Assembly: GCA_002811645.1 (NCBI GenBank)
Contig: PDIP01000013.1
Span: 61,248 to 125,247, forward strand
Source: Corallochytrium limacisporum Hawaii
Lineage: Eukaryota; Protista; Pluriformea
Direction of reading: 5' to 3'
Length of the DNA stretch: 64,000 bases
Made by a program: the position numbers and the translations under genes. Numbering within the stretch: position 1 is the stretch's first letter; each line of letters opens with the position of its first letter. Below, in pieces: positions 35,866 to 46,583 of this stretch. The notes beneath the pieces are model-generated. The model was not told the origin of the DNA, did no database searches, and was given only the letters and a program-made list of their open reading frames with translations.

Positions 35866-38800
35866 ATGGACATCTTGTACAATGATATCCTGCGGGAGAT
35901 TGCCCTGCACGGGCTCCAGGGAATGCGTGTGTCTAGACTAAAGAAATATGTTTCAAACCATTCACTACTTGATGGAGATGAGTCTGCATCGGGACCGCTG
36001 CTCCGGAAACTTACCCCATATCTGAAACGTCATTGTAGGTTCTGCGAAGGAACAAGCGCTCATGATGTAGATGATGACGTAGACCTGGCATCAGCGGTGC
36101 TGGAGCCTTATATCTGTAAGGAACTGGGTGCCGGTGATCTACCATCCGCGCTGAGAACGCGCCGGATACGGAAGTATAGTGACGTTGACGACTTCGTTGC
36201 CCATGACAATTGGGTCGTTGTCGCCATTGAAATGGTGCGCTCTCGCACATACGACCATGAGGGTTCTCGGGGCAATTTGTTGACATGCCGGGAGCAAGTA
36301 CCATATCAAGAGTGCATGGATGGGGAAGAATTACTGACGTTGGAAATGGTAGCTCTTCTGGATCGCTTGGGACGGACTAGGTATCGCGGTCTGAACACAT
36401 CCGAAATCGCCAAAGTGTTACAGGTGCGCGTGCCCACTGTAAAGCAGAATATAGCAGTCTTGAAAAATCGAGGCTTGATCAGAAATCAGCGGCAGGATAA
36501 AAGCACGCCGACATCGCTTGCAATTTTTGAAGCCGATAGTGCCTTCCATACGATAGATCCCGCGCATATACAGGATGCAACAGATTTGATCAAAGCAACA
36601 GTTCAGGAGTACCATCGAGAGTGTCCCACGGAAACGGATTCAAAGCATTGGTGGCCAGCGCTCGCTGACGTTGCTGATCGGGCGCAGCAATTGTTAACTC
36701 CGAGTTGTCCCAACGAAGCTCAGCTCGCCGTGACGTACGCACTGAAGGATTTGAAGGTCTCAGGGCAGTTTCGCGAGCCCGTAGCTGTGCAAAAAGATAA
36801 TCACTACGGGAGAAAGGCTCTCCTGCAACGAGTGCCTTTGGTATATGCAATGCCGGACCAATACGCTGCTGATGGATCATCTACGCTCTGGGTAGCTCCA
36901 ACAAGCAGCATTCTCCATGCCATTATCTACGTCGTGCACTACATGCATCGTCACCTCGGTCAAGAGTATGTCCGAAAGACCGATGTAGCCACCGTTCTGG
37001 GGATTTTCCAACGAAAGCACGAAGCTTTCTTCACACACCACATACAAAGGGGCGTACTTGGTGTGCGTGAAATTCAAGCGGGCAGGAATCTTGAGGCCAT
37101 GCTCTTCGTGACAGAAAAAGGTAGGAAAGAATACGGCCTCGAGGATTGGAATAGATCGGAAGGCAAGCATGCCGATGCGTCCATTTCCAATGGTATAAAG
37201 TTGAAGACGGCCATTGACACAGACGACGGCATTAACGATAAGCCTGATTTGGCTGAAGGCAAAATTGATGCACTCATACAACACATCGTCCAACGTCATG
37301 GAGCCGTGGACGAGTCCAGATTAGTTGCGTACGTACAGGATGTACGCCACAGCACACTGGGGTTTAGTTTGAAAAAGACAGCGGTGTTGTCTGCAATGGA
37401 GCGTCTGATTCGCCATGACCAGATCATGAAACGAGAAGAAATTCTGCATACAAAATCGTATGGGAAGGTGAAAGTAGAGACATTGCGCGATATGACACGC
37501 AGTGCAACAAACCCTATATTTGACGCAAGGGCACAAGCGACAAAGGAACGTGTTGCAGCCAGAGTGAAGCCACCAACGGCAAGTGATCTCCTGGTCGATG
37601 TTTTGCCGTCGTCAATCGATGCTGCGGAATTTCCGACTCTCTTGAACCCTTCTCGCCATCCTTGGGCTGACTCTACGACCTTAGCGGACGGTGGACCCCC
37701 ACGTTGGGAACGAGTGTGTATCGTACACCAGCTTTTGTGGGTCGAGACTCACATGCAACGGGCTGCCATGGGTGTGGAAGGAAGGGGTGAGAAGGTTTGG
37801 ATAGACCTGAAGACCTGGATCACATGCTTGCCTCTACCCGTCCTTCAGCTAATCCTGGGCCATGCAGATGATGAGGTCGCAGAATCGTTGCAGGACTTAC
37901 GCGACCAGGAAAAGGGGTGGAAGATATTGGAAATGGGAATGGGTACACTCACGTCTTCCCTGTTTATTCTCAGAGAGCTTGCACTCATCAACACGGAGCC
38001 CCACCCACACCATGCTGCAGAGCTACCTGTAGCGGTGTCTATGGTCGAGGATGTGGTCATGACCCAGACATACAGAAATGCCTTTGCCCAAGTCAGACCC
38101 CGGCTTCGGGGACATGCACCCTCAGTCGGGCAGAGAACTGGACAATGGCCTAGTAGACTGCTCATGTACAAACAGTCTCACCGAGATGCATACTGGGATG
38201 GGCTTCGCGCTTTATGCTGCTATCGTGGCGAACGAAAAGTGCAGATGATGCGAACTTTGGCACCTGTGAACAAGCCTTGGCTGATATCTCTCCTAGGTGC
38301 GAGAAATGTGGATGGATGCTGGGATCGTTCGCAGGTGGTAGCAGGATTCGGTCAGGTGGATCGTGTCGTTGGCGCTGCCATTCTGTCGGCGTCTGTTGCA
38401 CTCTCCAATGTTCCCGATGGGGCGGGTGAAGACGTGGAAGAAATACGTACAAGCATTCTGGAGCCTCTTCAGGGAGAAAAGGAATATCTCTTGGTCAGTG
38501 GGCTGAGCGAAGAGGCTGTGGACCATCTGATCACCCTCATTCTTGAAATCATTCTCGAAGATCTGCAGGAGCCGGGTAGGAGAAAGAGGCTTGACCAGAA
38601 GCGCGTTCTTCTTCGGGTGCTTACCAAACAGCGACCCCAGCGACCGACATGGCACCGAACTGTGTCTGCGCATGTCGGTGAGACACCGGAAATCGCCTTG
38701 GATCAGGAGGAGGAGGTCGTGTACGAGGGATACGAGGTGGATGAGGACCAGGAGGAGGAAGATGAGGAATCGGAGGAAGTGACTGAGGCGGAGGAGGAGT

Positions 38801-40446
38801 CAGAACCACTGGAGCCGGCACATGCACAAGTGGCAAAAGCCGGTCAAGCCACAGTGCGCTTCATGTCCAGGGCAGATCAAGAACAGATAATGCGGAGTCC
38901 GGAATTGCAGGCCATTACGTACACGGGTTGGTGGCCGGAAGTGTCATCCACGACAGTTGCGATTTTTGTGGTTGATCTTGTGCGCGAGGCTCTGAAACGT
39001 CTTCGGGAATCTGACATAATGAACAAGAGTGATGGTGGTGACTTTGGCATGGTTGATGAGGAAGATTTTGCACTGCACTGCAGTGCTGTTGATAGCCTGT
39101 TGGGTACCATGTACGGAGTCTGCGTGGGAGTCATGGCCTTGTCTGTGGATACCAGAACGAATCGACAGCGCAGGGAGGCACGAAGCCAGGGACGGTCGCA
39201 GCTAGCAAAGAGGATATCAACTACTGCACTAGATGCAGATCTGGTTGAGAAGCTACTGTTTGGTGAAGTCATCGCTCGGGTGCGACGGGTTCTGCTTGAC
39301 CTTGGAGAACGAAATGTTGGGGATCTGGCACTGCTTGACTTTATTGAGCTGCGTGTTGAGTTCTTGCTGGCCAGTCCCGGCAGTGTCCAGCGCTTGACCG
39401 CGAATTCATCGCTGCAGCATATCTTGTGTCAGACTGCTCAAGTTGCATGGATCTACGGGGCGCACTGCACGTCGGACGACCAAACGAGAGTCGACATTTG
39501 TGCGTTATACCAGCGCTGTGTGGGTCAGCGGCCTTGGGACCCCGAGACCTATCTCTCACCACCCACAGGAGGCAATCTGGTGCCCCTGACCGCCCAGGAT
39601 CGCCTCAAGCATGTGCTGGCATGGCATGGGCTTGACCCAGATGACGACCTTGCCACACGTCTATGCGCTGGTTTGGTTCAGGCATGGACCACTGGAGACC
39701 AATCACAGCTGGAAGAGCTGAGTCCAACGGAGCGATCTGCCCTTCTGGCATACGCCTTGGCCTCTGGCCAGTACGGTGCTGTTCTCTCTGAATGGAAAGG
39801 CTCAGTGACAATCGATGATAAACGTATCCGCCCGACTCTGTTGCAACACAGTCATGGCACCAATGAGGCAAGCTCCGAAGCGAAGGCAGCGGCTCTGGCC
39901 CAAAAATACGTGCTGCTCACCCGAGGAGAAGTGGGGAGCAAGTCTCCATTGCCACCTGTAGATGAACTCGCCTTTGCCATGGCCTGCATGGTAGACTATA
40001 GTACAACATCCGTCCCGCAAGAGGTGACTTTGTCTATGACACACAAGGAAATTTCCAGTGACGTGTTGCCCGAGCCGCCACCAGCACTAGGCGCCATGGA
40101 TCATGAGGTCTTCTTGAAACTGTGCAAGCACATTCTTTATCTAGTCGGAGACAGTGATGACACTCACAGTGTGACGGTGCAAACCCTTGCCGATGGGCCC
40201 CTATACGGTGTACTGATGGTCGAACAGGTTGCTGGTGTGGTCCAAGACCTGCGCTCGCGGGATCTGCTGGCGCTAGCTGTACCAGACCGTGACTGGCCGC
40301 CAACTTATGGCTCCCTGGGCGAAGCTCTCCAGGCGCGTGCCGGTGATAGGAGCAAGCGTCGCCGCACAGACAGGAACGATGCCAGTACCATGGAGAAACC
40401 GCTGGTGGTGACGGACATGGGCGTACGGTTCCTCCTGTCACAGTAA
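35866..40446 (+). CDS. GTF3C1: probable TFIIIC B-block-binding subunit (GTF3C1/Tfc3), highly divergent
   Basis: N-terminus MDILYNDILREIALHGLQG resembles GTF3C1 MDALESLLDEVALEGLDG; winged-helix-like segment LLDRLGRTRYRG...LKNRGLI; 1526 aa. Confidence 0.7.
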   Translation: MDILYNDILREIALHGLQGMRVSRLKKYVSNHSLLDGDESASGPLLRKLTPYLKRHCRFCEGTSAHDVDDDVDLASAVLEPYICKELGAGDLPSALRTRRIRKYSDVDDFVAHDNWVVVAIEMVRSRTYDHEGSRGNLLTCREQVPYQECMDGEELLTLEMVALLDRLGRTRYRGLNTSEIAKVLQVRVPTVKQNIAVLKNRGLIRNQRQDKSTPTSLAIFEADSAFHTIDPAHIQDATDLIKATVQEYHRECPTETDSKHWWPALADVADRAQQLLTPSCPNEAQLAVTYALKDLKVSGQFREPVAVQKDNHYGRKALLQRVPLVYAMPDQYAADGSSTLWVAPTSSILHAIIYVVHYMHRHLGQEYVRKTDVATVLGIFQRKHEAFFTHHIQRGVLGVREIQAGRNLEAMLFVTEKGRKEYGLEDWNRSEGKHADASISNGIKLKTAIDTDDGINDKPDLAEGKIDALIQHIVQRHGAVDESRLVAYVQDVRHSTLGFSLKKTAVLSAMERLIRHDQIMKREEILHTKSYGKVKVETLRDMTRSATNPIFDARAQATKERVAARVKPPTASDLLVDVLPSSIDAAEFPTLLNPSRHPWADSTTLADGGPPRWERVCIVHQLLWVETHMQRAAMGVEGRGEKVWIDLKTWITCLPLPVLQLILGHADDEVAESLQDLRDQEKGWKILEMGMGTLTSSLFILRELALINTEPHPHHAAELPVAVSMVEDVVMTQTYRNAFAQVRPRLRGHAPSVGQRTGQWPSRLLMYKQSHRDAYWDGLRALCCYRGERKVQMMRTLAPVNKPWLISLLGARNVDGCWDRSQVVAGFGQVDRVVGAAILSASVALSNVPDGAGEDVEEIRTSILEPLQGEKEYLLVSGLSEEAVDHLITLILEIILEDLQEPGRRKRLDQKRVLLRVLTKQRPQRPTWHRTVSAHVGETPEIALDQEEEVVYEGYEVDEDQEEEDEESEEVTEAEEESEPLEPAHAQVAKAGQATVRFMSRADQEQIMRSPELQAITYTGWWPEVSSTTVAIFVVDLVREALKRLRESDIMNKSDGGDFGMVDEEDFALHCSAVDSLLGTMYGVCVGVMALSVDTRTNRQRREARSQGRSQLAKRISTTALDADLVEKLLFGEVIARVRRVLLDLGERNVGDLALLDFIELRVEFLLASPGSVQRLTANSSLQHILCQTAQVAWIYGAHCTSDDQTRVDICALYQRCVGQRPWDPETYLSPPTGGNLVPLTAQDRLKHVLAWHGLDPDDDLATRLCAGLVQAWTTGDQSQLEELSPTERSALLAYALASGQYGAVLSEWKGSVTIDDKRIRPTLLQHSHGTNEASSEAKAAALAQKYVLLTRGEVGSKSPLPPVDELAFAMACMVDYSTTSVPQEVTLSMTHKEISSDVLPEPPPALGAMDHEVFLKLCKHILYLVGDSDDTHSVTVQTLADGPLYGVLMVEQVAGVVQDLRSRDLLALAVPDRDWPPTYGSLGEALQARAGDRSKRRRTDRNDASTMEKPLVVTDMGVRFLLSQ

Positions 40447-40534
40447 AGAAACACTCGAAATCGTGCCCTTATAACCAAATATTGCTGCTAAATACTAAAT
40501 GTTCTGTCTTTGAAATACATACTAAACTGCACAC

Positions 40535-42073
40535 TCATATATCGTACTTGGCTTTCATCTTCCGACTGTGCGCTGAGATTGCTTTAGCGTCTGCATTGCA
40601 TTCCTTGGAGAAGTCCTTAGGAATGTGACGGGCTAGCATACCCATGAAGTTGTCGAAGCGATAGACGTGCGGCACACCCACTTCAAGAGGTGCGCCGCAA
40701 TCCTTCAGCGGTTTCGGCTCCCCATTGAAGAGGAAGCGAACCGCGAGGTCGCTAGCCTTGGCGGAGCCACTCGATGAGGCGCCTCCGAAGAAACCGCCGA
40801 ACCATGAAGAAGAAGATGATGATGATGACGACGACGATAAAGACACTTGAGAGTTGCCTTCCTTTTGTAGCACCTCTACAGTAATGCTGCACCCAAAGTC
40901 TGGCCACTCATCCGGCAAATTGCCCGTCATAGCCAAAATGGGAATGATGGTGGTGTCGTGCCCCGAATAGATCAAGAACCGAGGCTCCGTATTCTTCAGG
41001 TCAGCTAAATGCTGGGCCATGTCGCCTGCGAAGCGTCCTATAGCCAAACGCGCGATCTCGCTCTGACTGCCGTAGCTCTCGAACCATTGCTTCAACGCAC
41101 CACGGCCGATGGCACGGATCTTCTCCTCTGTCAAACCTTTCGGTAACACGTCTCCCTCAGCCAAACGACACATGAACTCGTCATAGAGTGCATGGATTTG
41201 TGGACAATCCTCGACATCAATGTCTAGTGCCTCTGCCACGTCCCTGCGGTGTTGCAAGTTCTCCTCCTTGACGGCTTGGTACTCCTTAGTGTGCCTCCAC
41301 TGCCGGACCAGCTCCCTCAGGCGCGGACAATGGGCCAGGTTAGGAAACATAGTCTCGTTCGCTTCTTGGATGGTGAAGATGTCAATGATTGGGTGGTCCT
41401 CAGGTCGCTGATTCGGAGGGTACAAGGCTCCCAGTAGATGCTGTACGGACTGAATGGCCCGGGGCACCTCTGTTGACCGTACGTATAGATCTTTGGGATC
41501 GTAGACTTGCGGGACCACGCCAAAGTCGCGTACGTATCGCTGCCGCAAATGCGTACCCATGCGGTGCAACTGCATGGCACCGACGTAGGTGAGTTGCCCA
41601 CTGAAGCAGGCACCCGGCAGGACCTGCTTGCCTTCTATGTATGTGGTCCTGTACATAGCCTCCTGTGGTGAATGGATGGCCTCCTGTTCCGCTCCGAAGG
41701 CGGGGCCCACAGTGATTGCTGTGGTGCGCCCCCCTGGTTGACTGCTCAATAACGGGCTGTGTCCCTCGCACATCCAGTTGAGTTCTGGTAACACTCCCTT
41801 TAGTCTAAATTCAACAGGCGTGCGTGCACCATGTCTGTGAATAAATATTACCCGCGAAACTCGGTAGCCATCGGGAAGCTTTGGGCCGCCGAGGTCCACC
41901 GGCAGAGGTGAAGGTGCAGTGCCCATTTTGGAGGGATCGGCCTGCTTCGTCCTGTCCTCGTAGTCCTTACGGTCCCGCATTCCTTTGGCCTGCACAGCAT
42001 CATTGCTGCTGGACAACCAGGCCACAAGGGCTGTGGATCCCAGGCATGCAGCGGCGTACTTGGCAGCTGACAT
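40535..42073 (-). CDS. ACP6: histidine acid phosphatase (ACP6-like)
   Basis: RHGARTP, GQLT, YVRST..PRAIQS and SGHDTT motifs. Confidence 0.85.
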   Translation of the reverse strand: MSAAKYAAACLGSTALVAWLSSSNDAVQAKGMRDRKDYEDRTKQADPSKMGTAPSPLPVDLGGPKLPDGYRVSRVIFIHRHGARTPVEFRLKGVLPELNWMCEGHSPLLSSQPGGRTTAITVGPAFGAEQEAIHSPQEAMYRTTYIEGKQVLPGACFSGQLTYVGAMQLHRMGTHLRQRYVRDFGVVPQVYDPKDLYVRSTEVPRAIQSVQHLLGALYPPNQRPEDHPIIDIFTIQEANETMFPNLAHCPRLRELVRQWRHTKEYQAVKEENLQHRRDVAEALDIDVEDCPQIHALYDEFMCRLAEGDVLPKGLTEEKIRAIGRGALKQWFESYGSQSEIARLAIGRFAGDMAQHLADLKNTEPRFLIYSGHDTTIIPILAMTGNLPDEWPDFGCSITVEVLQKEGNSQVSLSSSSSSSSSSSWFGGFFGGASSSGSAKASDLAVRFLFNGEPKPLKDCGAPLEVGVPHVYRFDNFMGMLARHIPKDFSKECNADAKAISAHSRKMKAKYDI

Positions 42074-44653
42074 TCCGGGTTGCTATTGTGTATGTTCCGA
42101 ACGGGAATTCCAACCTCCTCAATTTCGGGACGACTAGTAGTGTTGTATACCACTGTCCAGTTGCACAAGCCCGTTTTCTTATATAGATCTCCGTAATTCA
42201 TGTTGTCATACAACAGTAACTTACTAAGCTCATCATGAATCTCACACCATAGATCTACTCCAACAGAGGATGACGGTCAGTGACGTGCTGGCCGCGTCCG
42301 AAGCTCTCTGGTCCGGCCCCGCCCAACCGCTGCGTGGCGTGCGTAGCACGGACGTTGGGAGGATCGATACACTGCACCGGAATATTAGGGGGCCGGCTAA
42401 ACGACTTATATTGAGGAGGCGCTTCGTGCCGGGGGACGTTGGGGGACTAACGGATTGTATGGACTATACTTAGCTCAACAACGAACAAGGAATGCTCTAA
42501 AGTTGGACCCTTCCCGAGGATTCGGACCAGTCGTTCTCTGAATGTCACGTAACCTGCCTTAAGCACACAATCCCAACCCCCTCCGGTTTGGTACCTACAG
42601 ACAGGGGATCACCAGAAGTCCAACCCGAACGAGAGCAATCCGTTGGACTCTCGGCCGTCAGCCAATGCTCACCCGATCCGCTGAATTTGCCGGGGACTGG
42701 CTCTTCTTCGGACGTTTCGGCCCGGGGCCCATTCAAAAAGGGGGAGGCGGGGAGGGGGAGGGAATTTTCGGATCCCTCCTTTCTGCGGCTTCAAAACAAA
42801 AATAGACTCCCAAAATGTAGATTGCAAAGGAGATTCCAGTCTGCCCGGACTGTTCAAAGGGGAGTCTATTTTTTCATCGCAGTGTGGCTGCCGGCATGCT
42901 CGGTCGTCCCGGATTTTTTTTGGGCATTATTTTCGTCTCCCGGGAGTGTGCGCCAGAAGTCCCGTGTATTCTTCTGCAGCGGGGTCAACTTGGACATAGA
43001 CAATGTACGACGCCCAGGGGACAGACGGCCCCGTGGGAAGAATGGCTTTGCTCCCTGGGGGGGGTGCGGTGTTCGGTGGTTTCCTCACTGAATGTACTTA
43101 GTCACTTCAGGTTGACGTTAGCGGTACCTGGTAAGGACCGTCAAACATGAACATGCCACTGCATTCTTCACACACTTGTCACCTTGCTGCAGTCATGTAG
43201 TGGATGCAAACTACATGTTCAACAACCGTACATACACAAGCGATTGTCGATCGCGAAATGCATCATGCGATCATCGCAACCTTAATGCGCCAATAGATCT
43301 AGGACGACATCAAACGGCTGGGAGAGCACGCTTCAGTTCTAGAGCCAATAAGGAGCGATGGGGTGTGTTGATCGCATCTTTCTTCCAGTTCTGTGCCCGT
43401 CCGTGTGTATCACAGTCACTTCAAACTGGACTGCACAAGAACTGTATACAACTAAGACTTAATAATAAACCAGTCCCTTATTTTGATGTCCCAGTGTCCA
43501 CCGCCCCACAGTTGTGCGTGTGTTCGGTGCTTGCTTTGCTCCCATACACAGTTAGTGTCGGTGTTCATGTGCCCATTTTTCCGAGCATCGTCTCGTAGCA
43601 GAAGAAGTGTAACACCCACACAGCGCACAGCGCCTGAGATGCGATGGCCAACAACTCAGCTCCTGCAGATACACACAGATGATGGCTACCACCAAAGAAC
43701 GGAAAAACAGATGCGCAACAAAAATCGAAAACGGCGTCGGTCCGTTTCGGCCGACTCGAGGCGAGAGCGGACCATTCCCACACCCTTTTTCGGTGTACCA
43801 CCCGCCCGACCGGAAGAGAAGGTGCAAAGAACCAAAGCAGGTCAGGGGCCTGTTTACTTCTAGAACCGCTGCTTTTCACACGGAGCGGTACGCGGGGTGT
43901 AAAAGGGCAGGGGGGGGGTTGTCGGCCCCAATCAGGAGGCGGGCGGGCAGGCGGAGGACGACGTGTACAAACCCCCTCCCCCCCCGGGGAGGGGGGGTGC
44001 CGGTAGTCCCCTTGCGTGTCCCGTGTCTTGTGTGTGTGTGTCTCTGTGTCGGTGGGTGTTGTGTTCGGGTAGGTTATTTTTCTTGGTAATTTTCCTCCTC
44101 ATTTTTTATTTATATTTTGGTTTTCTATTTTGGCTGAGCTGGAGTTAGCAGTGATATCGCACTACCCCCCCCCCCAGCGATGATGGCATCTGTGTCATGG
44201 GCTCCCAACTTTCTTTTCTTTTTTAATTGTTCGCTCGTATCTCGTCCAAGCATTTCCGGCGTACGTACGTGCGTACGTACGGGGACGGAGATCCGCACAG
44301 GCTCCCCTTTTCTTTCTTGTCCTTTTAAAACATTCTTTGCACCAAAAATTGCAAAGGGAAATAAAGAAAGGAAGGAAAAGGCCAGCACCCCCCCTCTCCT
44401 CCCGAACGAACGAAGAATTTATTAACGCAGCGGGGGCGGCCAAAACCTTGACCTGACCATCTTCGCCCAAAAAGCCCGTGTCAGGGAATGATTTTTTGCC
44501 AAGCTCAGCAGCCCTACCCGCGCTGACAAGCTTGAATAAAGGGAGCCGCCATCGTTGTTGGCTGATCGTTTACGCTTTGGTGCTTTGCGACTCTTGCGGT
44601 GACACCGGGGATGTCCCCAGTGAAAGCTTTCGCGTGGGCCCCCCGTTTCCGGA

Positions 44654-44677
44654 GTGTGTGTGTGTGTGTGTGTGTGT
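44654..44677 (+). repeat. (GT)12 microsatellite
   Basis: Perfect GT dinucleotide run about 500 bp upstream of PAH. Confidence 0.9.
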
Positions 44678-45172
44678 TGCGGTGTGCGAAATTCCCGTTG
44701 GACCGTGCCCTGGGTTTTGCGCGGAATGTGTGAATGTTTGCCGGTGCCCCCGAAATGGTTTTTGGGGGACTGCAGCCAGCGGGGAGGACCGGCGCGCGTA
44801 GGGGGGAGGGAGGAGAGGGATCCGGAGCAGTATTTTTTTATCGCTGCCTCGGGGTTAACAGCGAAGGGAAGGGAGTGAGGGGGGGGGGGTGCCAACCGAT
44901 CGAAGCAAAGTGTGGGGATGGGTGTAACCGTCTGAGCGCACGATCCATGCGTAGACATGAAGTGGCTGGCTTTCGAACGATTCCTCAACGTGGATGTGTG
45001 TGAAACTGAGATATGAAAATGGAAACCTTTCGAATTCGAAGTGTCAGAAGGGTACTTTCGGGCGGCATTTCGATGCAGGTATGCAACTGTACGAGTTTCA
45101 ACAAGCCATTCATCTGGTATCAAATGTTCGGAGTTAACTTTAGCACGAGTGAAGACACTACAACAAGCAATC

Positions 45173-46480
45173 ATGGACAATGGTAGGGCAGTGAAGAGAA
45201 GCGCCAGCTTCGTCGAGTCCAAACATGACCACAACCGCATCTCTATTATCTTCGCCATCGACGGTGACAGGATCGGTGCTCTTCAGGATGTTCTCACCAT
45301 CTTGAAGGAGTCTAACGTGAATCTGCGCCACATCGAGTCCCGTCCCAGCCGTCAGATTCCGGGTGCCTACGATCTATTGGTGGATGTTGAGTCTGCCCCA
45401 GACACGGTCACCATGGACAAGGTCAGCAAGTCGTGCATTAACGTGCGCACCCTCAACGAGCAGGATGAGGAAAGCCCCTGGTTCCCTCGTCTCATGCGTG
45501 ACATGGACAAATTCGCAACCGAGACACTCGAGTACGGCTCCGATCTCGACGCTGACCACCCGGGATTCAATGACCCCGAATACCGCAAGCGTCGCTTGGA
45601 GATCACCTGGAATGCTAAGAACTACAAGTACGGCCAACCTTTGCCCCGTGTTGAGTACACAGAACAAGAGAAGGCCACATGGCGCGAGGTCTGGACCCAG
45701 CTCACCAAGCTCTACCCGACCCACGCCTGCTCTGAGTACAACCGCATGCTGCCGCTCCTGATCGAGAACTGCGGGTACGGACCGGACGACATTCCCCAGA
45801 TTGCCGACATTGATCAGTTCCTGCACGACACTACGGGATTCCGCCTCCGGCCCGTAGCTGGCCTGCTGAGCAGCCGGGACTTCCTGAATGGGTTGGCTTT
45901 CCGTACCTTCCATTCCACACAGTATATTCGCCATCCATCAAAACCTCTATACACACCGGAGCCGGATGTTTGCCATGAGCTCCTCGGTCACGTCCCTCTC
46001 TTCGCCGATCCTTCGTTTGCGGATTTCAGCCAGGAAATTGGCCTCGCTTCCCTGGGCGCCACCGACGACGAAATCAAGCGCCTCGCCACCGTCTACTGGT
46101 TCACCATTGAGTTTGGCGTGTGCCGCCAGCACGGACAGATCAAGGCCTACGGTGCCGGCCTGCTCTCATCCTTTGGAGAGCTTCAGTACTGCTTGACCGA
46201 CGAGCCCAAGCACAAGCAGTTCGTGCCCGAAGTCACGTCACTGACGGAGTACCCAATCACGAGCTACCAGCCTACCTACTTTGTAGCCGAATCCTTCGAC
46301 GACGCAAAGGAGAAGGTCCGTGCCTACGCTCGAACCCTGAGCCGCAAGTTTGGCGTGCGCTACAACCCTTACACTGAGAGCATCGAGATTCTTGATTCCA
46401 CTCAGCAAGTGTCTCGGGTCATTAGCCACGTGCAGGGTGAGCTGGCCATTCTCAATGATTCGCTGCGTCACATGATGTAA
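45173..46480 (+). CDS. PAH: phenylalanine 4-hydroxylase (ACT + aromatic amino acid hydroxylase)
   Basis: HIESRPS, PWFPR, DADHPGF, YTPEPDVCHELLGHVP and AYGAGLLSSFGEL motifs; start set to the ATG at 45173. Confidence 0.96.
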   Translation: MDNGRAVKRSASFVESKHDHNRISIIFAIDGDRIGALQDVLTILKESNVNLRHIESRPSRQIPGAYDLLVDVESAPDTVTMDKVSKSCINVRTLNEQDEESPWFPRLMRDMDKFATETLEYGSDLDADHPGFNDPEYRKRRLEITWNAKNYKYGQPLPRVEYTEQEKATWREVWTQLTKLYPTHACSEYNRMLPLLIENCGYGPDDIPQIADIDQFLHDTTGFRLRPVAGLLSSRDFLNGLAFRTFHSTQYIRHPSKPLYTPEPDVCHELLGHVPLFADPSFADFSQEIGLASLGATDDEIKRLATVYWFTIEFGVCRQHGQIKAYGAGLLSSFGELQYCLTDEPKHKQFVPEVTSLTEYPITSYQPTYFVAESFDDAKEKVRAYARTLSRKFGVRYNPYTESIEILDSTQQVSRVISHVQGELAILNDSLRHMM

Positions 46481-46583
46481 TTGCCTGGAATGATCGGATT
46501 TTTCTTTGGCTTCCATCGTAATACAAATAGTTTAAGTCCTTTTCAAGAACAGTTTTACTTAGCTTTGGTTGGCATATATGAAT

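Noticed and set aside
42465-42540. A-box-like TAGCTCAA suggesting another tRNA
   Set aside because: No cloverleaf or B-box follows.
44422-45258. 278-aa minus-strand ORF
   Set aside because: It crosses the (GT)n repeat and the PAH start in antisense and has no protein-like features.
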